Virus record (IMG/VR): IMGVR_UViG_3300046171_000231
Coordinates: 171,762 to 235,761 of that record
Length of the DNA: 64,000 nucleotides
Reading direction: 5' to 3' (one strand)
The position numbers and the translations under genes were made by a program. The notes beneath the pieces are model-generated. The model saw nothing but the letters and a program-made list of their open reading frames with translations. It was not told the DNA's origin and made no database searches. This document shows, in pieces, positions 8,401 to 19,164 of the stretch (position 1 is the first letter of the stretch; each line of letters opens with the position of its first letter).

Positions 8401-9795
8401 TTACATAAGGTTGGAAACCTTAACTCTTCTGTAGTAACGGTTTGTGTTACGTGTAAGTGTTCCAAGTCCTTGAGTTGTTCCTTGTGAGAATGGGTTCTCA
8501 ACCATACCATATCTGGTCTTGAATCCAATTTTTGGTTGGAATGTATCCTGACCAACCGCACGAACCATCTGTAATGGTACATATGGGCAGTAGAATAATC
8601 CAGCGTCATAAGGAGATGAACCTTTGTATCCGATAACATAGTACTGAGTAGCAGCAACGTTAGCAGCAAATGGGTCAATGTACACTCTGTACTTACCTTG
8701 TAATACACCAGCAAATGTATTGCCTGTGTCATCTACATTAAGGTTAGCGTTAAGAGCAGGAGTGTAGTCTAATACACCAGCCATTGTCAATGCAGAAGCA
8801 ACGTCAGCAGAACAAAGGATCATGTTACCCTTTCCTCTACGAGTCTCTTGTGCGATTGCGTTAGCATCTCTTTCCATCTGGAATATGAGACCTTTGAACT
8901 TCTCAACTGACCATCTTCCGTTGGAGTCTGTGTCTAAGTCGAATGTTCCACCAGAAGCAACGTTTGCTTGAGCACCAGGCTTCGCTACGTTGTAAATTGT
9001 TCTGATAACTTCTCTGTTGATTTCAGCAAGTATCTCTGTTGAAAGGATATTTGCTAACTCAGCCTCTGCGTTCAATCCGTGGATTGCCTTAAGGTCTTGA
9101 GCAAGTTCTAAACTGTACTCTGCCTTTAGTGCTCTGGACTTCGCTGTAACGGTCACTTTCTCGATTGAGAATGCCATTTCGTTGAAGTTATCACCAGTTG
9201 TACCTAGATCTTCAGAATCTCCAGTTGTCATACCCTGACCTACGTTGTAGTCAGTAGCATTTGCTTGAGATGCAGTTCCACCAAGTAATCCTGGATTTGT
9301 ACCACTTTGAGCAGTTGTACCTAAACCAACGTTAGATGCACCAGTAGCAGTGAAACCTGCTGTGTTGTCAAATCCTTCATTCTGACCAGAGAATGCTGAA
9401 TCTGCTTCGTTGAATAGTGCTTCTGAACCAGACTGAGTTTTGAATCTGGATCTCATTGCAAAGATTAGTCCAGTTGGACCATTCATTGGTTGTACACCAG
9501 CCAAATCGTATGCCACCAAGTTAGGCATTGAACGACGAATTAGACTGATAAGTACTGGGTCGAAACCAGCAACAGGACCTGCAGCAGTTGCACCAGCGGT
9601 GAATCCACCTGTGCCAGCAGCGTTTGTTGGTTGTTCTGCAAGGAATGATGCTTCCTCACGTAATTCTTTTTCTTGGTTTTCTAACAGGATAGCGGTTGTA
9701 GCTCTTCTATGAGCGTCTTTGATTGGATCAACTCCATCATAGTCGAGAATAGGTCCCCACTTTTCCTGCAAATGTTCTGTGTTATACATTTGCAT
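8401..9795 (-). CDS. gp23: Major capsid protein gp23
   Basis: EKW.PIL...ILLENQE...GFDPVLISLIRRSMPNLVAYDLAGVQPM...YCPYVPLQM...KIGFKTRYG. Confidence 0.99.
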   Translation of the reverse strand: MQMYNTEHLQEKWGPILDYDGVDPIKDAHRRATTAILLENQEKELREEASFLAEQPTNAAGTGGFTAGATAAGPVAGFDPVLISLIRRSMPNLVAYDLAGVQPMNGPTGLIFAMRSRFKTQSGSEALFNEADSAFSGQNEGFDNTAGFTATGASNVGLGTTAQSGTNPGLLGGTASQANATDYNVGQGMTTGDSEDLGTTGDNFNEMAFSIEKVTVTAKSRALKAEYSLELAQDLKAIHGLNAEAELANILSTEILAEINREVIRTIYNVAKPGAQANVASGGTFDLDTDSNGRWSVEKFKGLIFQMERDANAIAQETRRGKGNMILCSADVASALTMAGVLDYTPALNANLNVDDTGNTFAGVLQGKYRVYIDPFAANVAATQYYVIGYKGSSPYDAGLFYCPYVPLQMVRAVGQDTFQPKIGFKTRYGMVENPFSQGTTQGLGTLTRNTNRYYRRVKVSNLM

Positions 9796-9841
9796 TTTGA
9801 TTTTTACCTCTTACGGTTTGTTGTTTGAATAAATGTTAAAT

Positions 9842-10921
9842 TCACTTTTTGGCAGCTCTGGATAGAACGTTCAAATAGGCTTGCATTCTAGGAGTAGTCT
9901 CTTCCGAGATTACTTCATCTGTTGAAACCTCTTCTGATAAGTTCTCAGAGGTGCTCTTTGGAGCACTAGTTTTTGATGGGAAATAAGATTCCTTCAATGT
10001 AACTAGTTTCTCACGATAGTCTGTCTCACTTTCAAACTCAACATTTTCGGCAAGAGTAGCGAGTTTTTCCTTCTGAGTGTCTGCAAGACCTTCAGCTACA
10101 GCAGTGAAAACACCGTCTGCATTGGATTCTGCCAATCTACGATTTAGAGCAACGTTACGATCTATTTGCTCATTGAGTTTTGATTCCATTTCATCAAGTT
10201 TGTCTACCATGCTATTGAGTACATCGTATTTTTCTTCAGGGATTGTTACATAATGTTCTTCAAAAAGTGACTTCATACCTTCCAAGAAGGATTCTGTCAT
10301 CTCTGTTTTAAGTCCTGCTTCTACTTGGAGTGCATTTTCTTGCATCCACTCGTCAGCGACATACTCAAGGTATCCATCAACTCTTTCAGTTAATCCTGCC
10401 TTGATTGTGTCTAACTCTTCAACGAGAGCAGTAGCATAAGACTCTTGTAATTCTTCTTTGATTTCTGCAACTTTAGTTTTGATTGCAGCTTCAAAAATTG
10501 TCTTTGCTTTGTTTTGGAACTCTTCGGAAAGTTCTTCACCTTCAAGAAGTGCTGCAACGTCTGCTTCGACATCATAACTTTCTTCTTCTTCGATGACTTC
10601 TTCCTCAGAAGTTTCTTCTTCAGCGACTACTTCATCTGTAGTTGCTTCTTCTTCAGCGACTACTTCATCTGTAGTTGCTTCTTCTTCCTCGATAACTTCC
10701 TCCTCTGTTTCTGCCTCTTCTGCTTTCATAGCTTTGGCATTAACAACATCTTTCACTTGTGCAAGTGTAAGTGCAGGATCTTTCAGCTTTGCTGAATCGT
10801 CATCAGGTTTATAGTTTTCTGGTGTAGGTCCACCTAGATCTTCTACTGGAATGCCTGATGAAGGCATTGGATCTGCAGGTTTTGCACCTTTGGTGACTAC
10901 GTTTTCTTCGATGTTTTCCAT
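9842..10921 (-). CDS. gp22: Prohead core scaffold protein gp22
   Basis: Acidic coiled coil, LSEEFQNKAKTIFEAA, YLEYVADEW; position between gp21 and gp23. Confidence 0.95.
   Translation of the reverse strand: MENIEENVVTKGAKPADPMPSSGIPVEDLGGPTPENYKPDDDSAKLKDPALTLAQVKDVVNAKAMKAEEAETEEEVIEEEEATTDEVVAEEEATTDEVVAEEETSEEEVIEEEESYDVEADVAALLEGEELSEEFQNKAKTIFEAAIKTKVAEIKEELQESYATALVEELDTIKAGLTERVDGYLEYVADEWMQENALQVEAGLKTEMTESFLEGMKSLFEEHYVTIPEEKYDVLNSMVDKLDEMESKLNEQIDRNVALNRRLAESNADGVFTAVAEGLADTQKEKLATLAENVEFESETDYREKLVTLKESYFPSKTSAPKSTSENLSEEVSTDEVISEETTPRMQAYLNVLSRAAKK
10613..10687. repeat. In-frame 33-bp tandem duplication in gp22 (EEEATTDEVVA x2)
   Basis: ttcttcttcagcgactacttcatctgtagttgc occurs twice in tandem. 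Confidence 0.9.
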
Positions 10922-10972
10922 TTAGTGTAAAAAGTTACCGTGGATTTATTGAAATTCGTAAGAATCTATACT

Positions 10973-10980
10973 TATTTATA
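10973..10980 (-). promoter_or_regulatory. T4-type late promoter TATAAATA (gp22/gp23)
   Basis: Exact TATAAATA. Equivalent motifs at 6483, 7118, 11865, 13557, 16405, 18861, 22851, 28714, 38147 and 53714. Confidence 0.85.
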
Positions 10981-10992
10981 GCTTTCTTAAAT

Positions 10993-11643
10993 TTAGAGAT
11001 TATTTAGAAAATCTTGAAACAGACTAAGTTTCTTTTCTTCTAATCTATTTTGTGTGACAAGTGTGTTAATACGCTTCTCAGTTTTTGCTGCGAGTTCTTC
11101 ACGAAGACTTCCACCTTCCCAAACCCACTCTCTTCCTTCCATTATTCCATTCACAAAAGCGTCTGGTGCGGAAGGGTCTGCTACTATATCAGCAGCGGTT
11201 GCTAATTGAAAATCTTCTCCAACCATTTTACAACCATTACTACTTTCTCTTAGTGATCCGATACCACGAGAAGACACTCCAAGTTTTACTCCTTCATCTA
11301 AAAGAGAAGATGCAATTTTACCCATTGGAGTAGATAGTAAAGTCGCTTTTCCTCTAAAATTATTTCCCTCTCTTACGAGCGAGGTAATTTTGTGGGATAC
11401 ACGATCTAAGTTAACTGTTGGACCTTCAGGATGACCAAGTTCACCAAGTGCTCTGCCTTGAGAGACAAAAGTTTTGTTGTATCTTCTGACTTCATTTTCA
11501 AGAATATCAACAGGATACATTCTACCATTACGATTTTTGATACCACCTTGAAGAAACACACCCTCGATACAGAGACGTTTTGATTTCCCTTTACCTTCGG
11601 TGATAAATTTTACTTGTGAGACTTCTTCTGTGATAAGTTTCAT
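10993..11643 (-). CDS. gp21: Prohead protease gp21
   Basis: IEGVFLQ...NRNGRMYP...GELGHP...GVSSRG...DIVADPSAPDAFV. Confidence 0.97.
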   Translation of the reverse strand: MKLITEEVSQVKFITEGKGKSKRLCIEGVFLQGGIKNRNGRMYPVDILENEVRRYNKTFVSQGRALGELGHPEGPTVNLDRVSHKITSLVREGNNFRGKATLLSTPMGKIASSLLDEGVKLGVSSRGIGSLRESSNGCKMVGEDFQLATAADIVADPSAPDAFVNGIMEGREWVWEGGSLREELAAKTEKRINTLVTQNRLEEKKLSLFQDFLNNL

Positions 11644-11840
11644 TATTCTGATTCCTCTTCAGTTGGTTGTTCATCTGACACTTCTTCTTCCTCTGGTACT
11701 TCATCAAATATAGTTGAAGCAACATCAGGTCTAAAAGCATCAATACGAGCAGCTGCTTTTGCCATTAATGTATCTTTTATTTTATTAGATACATCACTAG
11801 CACTAGCGTCAGTCGCAATCAAATCCACTAATTCTTCCAT
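11643..11840 (-). CDS. Small acidic prohead core protein (gp67-like position)
   Basis: Between gp20 and gp21; acidic tail; own TATAAATA promoter. Confidence 0.65.
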   Translation of the reverse strand: MEELVDLIATDASASDVSNKIKDTLMAKAAARIDAFRPDVASTIFDEVPEEEEVSDEQPTEEESE

Positions 11841-11867
11841 AAGATTAAATTATAGCAATATGTTTAT

Positions 11868-13532
11868 TTATATCTCTGCTGATTTGGTATCTTTTTGATA
11901 CTCAGCATCAGTAATTTGTGCTTCTGCTTCTACATCTGGATCTTGTGGTACATCACCTAAATCTTCACCACCTTCTTGAGGTAATGGTTCTCCAGTTATT
12001 GGGTCAACCTCTGCAGGATTTGGAATGATACCTTTTTGTATTTCATCTTCAATCTGCATATCAATCTCTTCAATTTCCTGATCTGTTTGACGTAATACTC
12101 TCTTTCTTACAAATTCAGTTGAATAATACTTACCAATATAAGGTTCAATTTGTGCAAGATTACCTAAACGACCTTGTATCATTTCAGTTTCTTTGAGCTC
12201 TGCAAACTGATTATCATATAAGAAGTCATATTGAATATGATCTTCCATCTTATTCCAGTCTTCTGGAGTTACAATATTCTTTAATATTAACTGAGTTTTG
12301 AGCATATCATTGAACATATGTGCAAAACGCTTTCTTAAACGACCTACAAACTTTGCAAATTTAAGTTCGTCTCTTAATATTTCTGATGAACGACCTAAGT
12401 TAAACCCACCTTCTGCAGCAATTCTTGACTCAGGAATACCTAATGCACGATATAATTTCTTCTGAAAATATTCAATATCGGAAAGTTCACCAAGATTTTG
12501 TCCACCTGGTAGAGTTGTGATTTCAGTTCCACGACCACCTTCTCTTCTTGGCAACCAAAAATCTTCCATCATACTCATAAATTTACGATCATCACGAACT
12601 TCACCAGTTTGTGCGTTGTAAGTTAACTTATTACGATAGCGACTCATTACCTCTTTAAGATATTGTTCTGCCTTAACTTTTGGTAAATTTCCAACATCAA
12701 TATAAAATATTCTTCTTTCTGGTGCTCTTGATAAACGATAGATAACAAGACTATCTTCAATCATTCTTAATTGATTGAGTGCTTTGATTGCTTTATGAAG
12801 ATATGAAAGAACACGATTCTTATTTCGATCTACTAAACCAGATGTACACATAGTAATTGAATCTTTTGCAATTTTAGTCGATCCTTTACCTGCTTGTGCA
12901 ATCATCCCTGTTGGATAATTAGGTTTCATTGAATAGATGTAGTATTCATCAAATTCAGGACTCATAATACTATCGTCCTTACTATTAATTCTTATGTAAG
13001 GATCATCTTTACCATTCTTCCTTTTTTCTTGTTTAACAAACTTCAACTTCATCGGGTCAATATATCTTAAATCCTTGAGTCCTTCCTGTGGATTTTTTGT
13101 ATCGATTACCTTTAGATAATATAAACGACCATCTATATACCAATTTCTAAAAATTTCGTGAGACTTCTTATCAAAGTCCATCAATTCTTTAATATATCTG
13201 AACTCTTCTCTAATTTTTTTCTTTATGCCATCACTCGCATTAAGATTTGATAGTTCAACTTCAACAGGAGAATCATATAGATCACTTACAATTGCTTCAT
13301 TAACAACATCTTCAATGGCACCATCTGCTTCTGGATGCAGAGCCATCTCTCTATATCTTTTAATTAATTCGTGTTCAGAACGATATGCACCTTCAATATC
13401 TACGTATTGACCATAAAATCCACTTGCTATATAATTATCAACCCCGTCCTCATTATTTTTGGGGACAGGGGAGACAATAGAAGTTGATTTATCTTCTGTT
13501 TCTTCAATAGAAAAACCGAAAAGTTTTGCCAT
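11868..13532 (-). CDS. gp20: Portal vertex protein gp20
   Basis: YRLSRAPERRIFYIDVGNLPK...EDFWLPRREGGRGTEITTLPGG. Confidence 0.99.
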   Translation of the reverse strand: MAKLFGFSIEETEDKSTSIVSPVPKNNEDGVDNYIASGFYGQYVDIEGAYRSEHELIKRYREMALHPEADGAIEDVVNEAIVSDLYDSPVEVELSNLNASDGIKKKIREEFRYIKELMDFDKKSHEIFRNWYIDGRLYYLKVIDTKNPQEGLKDLRYIDPMKLKFVKQEKRKNGKDDPYIRINSKDDSIMSPEFDEYYIYSMKPNYPTGMIAQAGKGSTKIAKDSITMCTSGLVDRNKNRVLSYLHKAIKALNQLRMIEDSLVIYRLSRAPERRIFYIDVGNLPKVKAEQYLKEVMSRYRNKLTYNAQTGEVRDDRKFMSMMEDFWLPRREGGRGTEITTLPGGQNLGELSDIEYFQKKLYRALGIPESRIAAEGGFNLGRSSEILRDELKFAKFVGRLRKRFAHMFNDMLKTQLILKNIVTPEDWNKMEDHIQYDFLYDNQFAELKETEMIQGRLGNLAQIEPYIGKYYSTEFVRKRVLRQTDQEIEEIDMQIEDEIQKGIIPNPAEVDPITGEPLPQEGGEDLGDVPQDPDVEAEAQITDAEYQKDTKSAEI

Positions 13533-13559
13533 AGTATAATATTTTTGTTATATGTTTAT

Positions 13560-14147
13560 TTAGCTGATGTCTACACCGCCTGATACGGGACTGTCTCCCT
13601 TAAGAATTTCAATATACTGAACCTGAAGTTCAACAGTAAATTCTTGAATACCTTGAGCGTCATATGATAATTCGATAGGACCGACCTGTGTTGGGAAGGT
13701 ATCATAGAAACGATATTTCCTGATACTTTGTCCATCACGATCAAGTTGGAATACAAATGCGTCAGACTGATATGCAGCAGGATTAACTAATCCAGTGTTA
13801 TCACTTAACTTGTTGATTGTATTCATCCAGTTCTCAAATGCAGATCTTATTGCAAAGTCTGTATCGTTGATTACTGTGACTGTCCATGAATCGAACGTTC
13901 TGTCACCTGCGATTTTAAGAACCCTTCCTCGGAAAGGAACTTCTATTTGTGCAATGTTTGATGCGGGTAATCTTGCTCCTTTAACCAAGAACCTTGATTT
14001 GTCAAGAACATCCTGTGCTGGTTGAGCAGCATCTGGGAATGTGAGGACTACTTCAAACAGATTAGCACGAGCACCGCCACCTGTCAACTTACTTTTAAAG
14101 TCTGAAATCGTTCTTAATGGTGGTGGATTGACCTGATTTCTAGCCAT
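13560..14147 (-). CDS. gp19: Tail tube protein gp19
   Basis: GGARANLFEV...PFRGRVLKIAGDRTFDSWTVTVIND. Confidence 0.96.
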   Translation of the reverse strand: MARNQVNPPPLRTISDFKSKLTGGGARANLFEVVLTFPDAAQPAQDVLDKSRFLVKGARLPASNIAQIEVPFRGRVLKIAGDRTFDSWTVTVINDTDFAIRSAFENWMNTINKLSDNTGLVNPAAYQSDAFVFQLDRDGQSIRKYRFYDTFPTQVGPIELSYDAQGIQEFTVELQVQYIEILKGDSPVSGGVDIS

Positions 14148-14168
14148 AGTTGATTAAACCTCTGTTAA

Positions 14169-16367
14169 TTAAACGGAACCGATTACTTCTTCAAAATCAA
14201 CACCAGTTCTGGTGGCGACAAAGGTTAGACCAATGAAGTTGATAGAACGTGCTGGTTTGATAAAGATGTCAGCAACAAATTCATTACGATCAATGACTGC
14301 TGCAGTATTATTTGTTTCATCGCAAATCACAACAAAGTCAAATATACCTCTGTTGGATTGAACCTCTCTTAGGAATGGTTCAATGATATTTACGAAGTTT
14401 GTCCTTGTTAGTTCGTCGTTGAACTCAAAGAGTTGATCCTTTGCTGCTGCTGAAATAGCATCTTCAAGGAAAATAAACAATCTACGAACGTTAATTCGGT
14501 CAAATGCCGAAGACTTACCAAATGAAGTTTTGTCTCCAAAGAGAACAATACCAGCACCTGGTGAGAGCATAACAGGATTAACTCTATTTGAATATAGAAT
14601 GTCTCTCTGTTTTTTGCCTGGATTATAGGCAAGTTTCACTGAGTTTAGAATTGCACCTCTTGCAGTACCTGCAGGAGAGAACCAAGGGAACTGTTCAATA
14701 TCAGTTCTTGCACAAGTTCCAGCAATATCACCATTCAATGGCACATATCTAAATGTATTATTGAATCTATCGAACATATATTTGTATCCACTATCGAATA
14801 CACCATATGTTGAAGATGATATTGGAGCATAGTAACTTACGATGTTTTCAGTCATCGTATCAATGTTATTGACAGTTACAGAACCTACTGAACTATCATT
14901 CAAGAATGCTTGACGATAAGGTGAAATAAATGCGACTGCATCTTTTCTTGCTTCAGCAACTGCAATACATTTTTCTGCAAGAGCTTGTGACTGCTCTTTT
15001 GGATGATGAGCAGCACCCATCATTATAAAGTCAACTTCAATTTCCTCTGTGTTTGAGAATAATTCATAACCACTGATTAAGTCATCAACACCTGATGTCA
15101 AAGCACCAACTGTTGTATAGTCTGTCTTATCTCCGTAGTTTGTACCACCTGCTAGAGATGATGTAACTACACCTGAAGCACCAAAGTTAACTCCACTTGC
15201 ATCTTGATCCCATCCACTATCTGCATCTAAATTACCGATTGCAGTTGCAGTTCCAGCAGTAAATCCAGTTGTTGTAATTCCTGCAGGAGCACTACCACCG
15301 TAAATGTATTGTGAGTTTGTTGCAAGATATTTTCTCCAGTATGCAGTTGAACCTACTGAATATTCGGCATCTTTTGCTTTTGAAAGATTTAGATGCTTTT
15401 CAAGAATTGTTCCAGCATTACCTGTAATTGTTCCTTTATCATCTATGACAACAACGTGAAGTTCATCAAATCTACCACCTCTTGAGGAAGCATAAGATGA
15501 TGTGCCAGGTGCGTCTGCTATTTGATCCCACTCTAAACTTAGTGGATTACCATTTGCATCTGTTTTTGTTAACACTATGTTTTGTCGTTCAAACCAGTCA
15601 ACTGCTGCAGTAACACTCTGTACTGTTCCTCCAATATTTGAACCAGCAGCACTTGCTTCAACGTTTCCAGTATTAAATTTGTAGACACCACCATTTTGGT
15701 AACTTACATTTGTAACTGTTCCAGCAGTTGAAACGTGTGCTATTGTTTTTACACTTATAGTACCTGAACCAACTTCAGTAACAATACCCTTAACGTAACC
15801 ATCAAGAACACTTGTTCCTCCAGCACCAGCAACGATTCTACCAGCAGCAGATTGTGTGATTCCTAATCCAACTGTACTGATACCAGATACTGTTAATATT
15901 TGGTCTGCTTTTGCATCAATGATTGCAACTCTAAGTCCGTTTGCATATGTACCAGGTGTTTTTGATGCAACTGTAACACCAGTAATTGTATTGTCATCAT
16001 AACCTAATTGGTTATAGTGAGTATCACTCTTGATTCTTATAGAAGAAGCAGCTCCTACAAAAGCATTCTTCAGACCAACACCAGTTAATGTGTCGTAATC
16101 GTCAGCACGAATAACTTGAAGTGTGCCACCGTATGCTAGGTAAGAAGATGCAACCATCCAATATTCATAGTGATTATCTATTGAATATGGTTGTCCAAAA
16201 GTCTGTAATAGATCCTCCTCACTCTCAATGAGTTGTGCGTCCTCTACAGGACCTTTCGTAAATGGAGCAACTAACGCACCGATAGAGCCGCTTGTAGCGT
16301 CTACTCTACCAATGGTAAGGTCAACTTCTCTTACTAGGATACCAGGAGAGGCTAAATTTACCGCCAT
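14169..16367 (-). CDS. gp18: Tail sheath protein gp18
   Basis: LASPGILVREVD...PWFSPAG...SAFDRINVRRLF...PARSINFI. Confidence 0.98.
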   Translation of the reverse strand: MAVNLASPGILVREVDLTIGRVDATSGSIGALVAPFTKGPVEDAQLIESEEDLLQTFGQPYSIDNHYEYWMVASSYLAYGGTLQVIRADDYDTLTGVGLKNAFVGAASSIRIKSDTHYNQLGYDDNTITGVTVASKTPGTYANGLRVAIIDAKADQILTVSGISTVGLGITQSAAGRIVAGAGGTSVLDGYVKGIVTEVGSGTISVKTIAHVSTAGTVTNVSYQNGGVYKFNTGNVEASAAGSNIGGTVQSVTAAVDWFERQNIVLTKTDANGNPLSLEWDQIADAPGTSSYASSRGGRFDELHVVVIDDKGTITGNAGTILEKHLNLSKAKDAEYSVGSTAYWRKYLATNSQYIYGGSAPAGITTTGFTAGTATAIGNLDADSGWDQDASGVNFGASGVVTSSLAGGTNYGDKTDYTTVGALTSGVDDLISGYELFSNTEEIEVDFIMMGAAHHPKEQSQALAEKCIAVAEARKDAVAFISPYRQAFLNDSSVGSVTVNNIDTMTENIVSYYAPISSSTYGVFDSGYKYMFDRFNNTFRYVPLNGDIAGTCARTDIEQFPWFSPAGTARGAILNSVKLAYNPGKKQRDILYSNRVNPVMLSPGAGIVLFGDKTSFGKSSAFDRINVRRLFIFLEDAISAAAKDQLFEFNDELTRTNFVNIIEPFLREVQSNRGIFDFVVICDETNNTAAVIDRNEFVADIFIKPARSINFIGLTFVATRTGVDFEEVIGSV

Positions 16368-16448
16368 CTTGTATTCTCCGATCTCAGGAATATTTTTCTG
16401 AAATTATTTATGAAAATACCCTTTTTCATCGGGGAAACAGTGCATGAA

Positions 16449-16670
16449 CTACCAATCTGGATATTCCCACCTCTTTATTTCTACTTTTTTTTTACTTTTT
16501 ACTCTTGCAATCGTGCAAGTTTTACATTCATAAGAATATGATGATTGAATACTTTTATTCTTTCTTATTAAATAAAACCCATCTATTAAATCTTTAATAT
16601 TTCCACAAACACGACACTTACGTTCTGTCAGAACAAAATGGTCAACTTCAAGTTGTTCATCAAAATCCAT
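16449..16670 (-). CDS. Small Zn-binding conserved protein (CxxC...CxxC)
   Basis: RKCRVC...YECKTC. Confidence 0.7.
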   Translation of the reverse strand: MDFDEQLEVDHFVLTERKCRVCGNIKDLIDGFYLIRKNKSIQSSYSYECKTCTIARVKSKKKVEIKRWEYPDW

Positions 16671-16906
16671 TATAGAACTTGGATTACACCATTACAATCT
16701 GGAATATCTTGCATTATTTTACTTTCAATACCTTGTTTAAGTGTCATCGCACTCATTGCACAACTTGTGCAAGCACCACCTAATCTAACTTTAACATAGT
16801 TTGTACCTTCTTCTATCTCTACAAACTCTACAAATCCTCCATCTGCTTCAATATAAGGAGCAATTTCAGATAAAGACTTGGTTACATTACTTTCATTTAA
16901 ATCCAT
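16670..16906 (-). CDS. NifU-C / NfuA-like Fe-S cluster scaffold or carrier domain
   Basis: IAPYIEADGGFVEFV...VKVRLGGACTSCAMSAMTLKQGIE with CxxC; start MDLNE coupled to the gp17 stop (TAATG). Confidence 0.9.
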   Translation of the reverse strand: MDLNESNVTKSLSEIAPYIEADGGFVEFVEIEEGTNYVKVRLGGACTSCAMSAMTLKQGIESKIMQDIPDCNGVIQVL

Positions 16907-18550
16907 TACATATAATCCCACATATAAGATTTGTCACCATATTCATCAGTATGCCATAAATCTCCGTCCTTGTCAATAAAAGTAGATTCATCTTGTCCGT
17001 CAGACATAAAACCAAATGGTGCCATATCTTGTTCGATTTGATTTTTCTGTTCCTCATATATTCTCTTTCTTACATCATTATCAGTCATTTCTTTGAAATA
17101 ATCCTGTGCAACTAGCCAAGCAAATATCACTAAACACATTGCTAGGTCATCATTACATCCCTCTTCTGCTTCAAATGAGTTGTGTTTTTGAGAGAAAGTA
17201 GTTAATTCTGATATTATATCATAATCAATAATAAGTATCTTATCATCTTCTAGTAAAGTTTTTAAGTTTGAACAACCCAATTTTTTAACTGCTTGTGTAG
17301 TTCTCACTCCTAACTGTGACCTTTTACCACTAAATCCAGCACCAACAACTTGACCTGCACGACCTCTTTGAGAACACATCAATAAATTATCATACTCTAA
17401 ATCATAATTTAAGATAGATGCGACCTGATCTCCAATATCATTTACTTCACATAATATGAATGCTTTATTATATGCTTTTCCTATATCATCAATAATACTC
17501 GGAAACAGCATTGGTTTGATTTCATTATTACGATACTTTGCAACTGCTTTATATGGAAAGTTAGTTATATCAAAAACAACAAATGCAGAATAATCATTTC
17601 CAAGACCACGAGCAACGTCAACTGTAATCAAATAATTATGGTCTTTTTGTGGTCCTTCATATACATCTAATCCTGCATTTCTTTGAATTGGACTTTCATA
17701 TACAAGATTCTTTAATTTTGATGGATTGATTAAAGTATTAACAGATCCTAGAAACTCACATTCAAACTCAACCTTAAATTGTTGCTCTGATGTGTTTGCG
17801 ATTGTTTGTTCTTTCCATTCTTCATCACGACCTGGTACTTCAGACCAATGAACTTCAGTTGGTACATATTCATTTTTACCTCTATCAGCATCGTGCCACA
17901 TACGATAAAAATGATTCATACCTCTTGGGGTAGAAACAATTATAACTTTTGATTTTTGACCAGATGAAATTGTTGGATATACAGACGCAAAGAAATCATC
18001 CTGCAATATGATTCGGTATGAATGCAAATTCGTCTAAGAATATGACGTTATAAGATCCACCCCTAACTGCAGATGATGATGTTGAGTTTGCTGATATTTT
18101 TGACCCGTTCTCTAATTCTAATGAACCTTTATTCCAAGATATAATACCTTGCTGCATCCATCTTGGTAAATTTTCGTATGCTAATTGAAGTCTACCTAAT
18201 AAATCTCTGGCAGTAGAGGCTTTGTTTGCCAGTATAGCAATATTAATGTTATCATTAAAAACTGCATAATGTAAGAGATAAGATACAACTGTAGTGGATT
18301 TACCCGTCTGCCGAGGCATCTTACAGATGTTAAAACGGTTTTCATGGAAATTACTTATTAGTTTTTTCTGGAAAGGATACATCCGAAATGGAACTAATCC
18401 TTCATCAATGGATACAATCTTTATATGTTTGTTTGCAAAATATACAGGATCTTCTTTACACCTCATAAACTCAAGAATATTCTCTTGAGAAAACTCAATA
18501 GGAGTATTTGCTTTTTTTAAATTGGGATTACCAAGATAAACTTCACTCAT
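16906..18550 (-). CDS. gp17: Terminase large subunit gp17, split by a one-base insertion near 18001
   Basis: PRQTGKSTT, IFLDEFAF...VSTPRG. Removing one G from GCAGGATGAT restores ...HIADDFFASVYPTISSG. Confidence 0.97.
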
Positions 18551-18567
18551 TATGTAAAATTAAATTG

Positions 18568-18840
18568 TTAACTTATTGTGTATCCTACAGCTGCACCTAA
18601 AACAGCAGCGTTTGCTGCAAAGATTGCTTCAGTTGATTTTTTCTCTACAACTTCTACAGCATTACCTGGTAATGTAAAAGTTCCAATTGTTGTAGATCCT
18701 CCAACAGAATCAATAACAGATACTAATCTTGCAGTTGTACTATTATTAACAAGACGGACTGCTGTAGCACTACCAAAGGTGGATGCACCTGCAGCATTTG
18801 TGCCACATGCTGCTTCAGTACCTTTAATTAATGTGATCAT
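18568..18840 (-). CDS. Small conserved (probably virion) protein upstream of gp17
   Basis: 90 aa, beta-rich, with an ATAAATA late promoter upstream. Confidence 0.65.
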   Translation of the reverse strand: MITLIKGTEAACGTNAAGASTFGSATAVRLVNNSTTARLVSVIDSVGGSTTIGTFTLPGNAVEVVEKKSTEAIFAANAAVLGAAVGYTIS

Positions 18841-18879
18841 TATTCTAAACTTTTATTGACTATTTATGCTGTCTTCTTA

Positions 18880-19164
18880 TTATGCTTTTTTTATCTTCGC
18901 ACTTAATCTTTTAAGTTTTATGTAATCACCAGGTTTATCAGGGTTTAACTGAGGATTAGATTTTAAGACATCACTGTTAATTTTACCCCTTTTAGCAAGA
19001 GGAATAGGAAGATTGAATCCAGTGCTCTTTCTAAACTTATCTGAACTCTTCTTTATCATATCCAAAGTTCTGATCCTATTTGTAATCGCATCATCTACAG
19101 TCACAGGTATAGTATCATAATTTTTTGGAGATACTTGCTCCATAAAAGTTTTAAAATCTTTCAT
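18880..19164 (-). CDS. Putative internal head protein with a capsid-targeting-like N-terminus (MKDFKTFME)
   Basis: Start coupled to the upstream stop (TGATG); N-terminus resembles the T4 IP CTS MKTYQEFIAE. Confidence 0.55.
   Translation of the reverse strand: MKDFKTFMEQVSPKNYDTIPVTVDDAITNRIRTLDMIKKSSDKFRKSTGFNLPIPLAKRGKINSDVLKSNPQLNPDKPGDYIKLKRLSAKIKKA

Noticed and set aside
17996-18027. Programmed frameshift or intron in gp17
   Set aside because: No slippery heptamer and no intervening sequence; removing one G restores the conserved HIADDFFAS.
8401-18550. Inteins, group I introns or homing endonucleases in gp23, gp20, gp18 or gp17
   Set aside because: The proteins are of normal length with contiguous motifs; no splicing or LAGLIDADG/GIY-YIG/HNH signatures seen.
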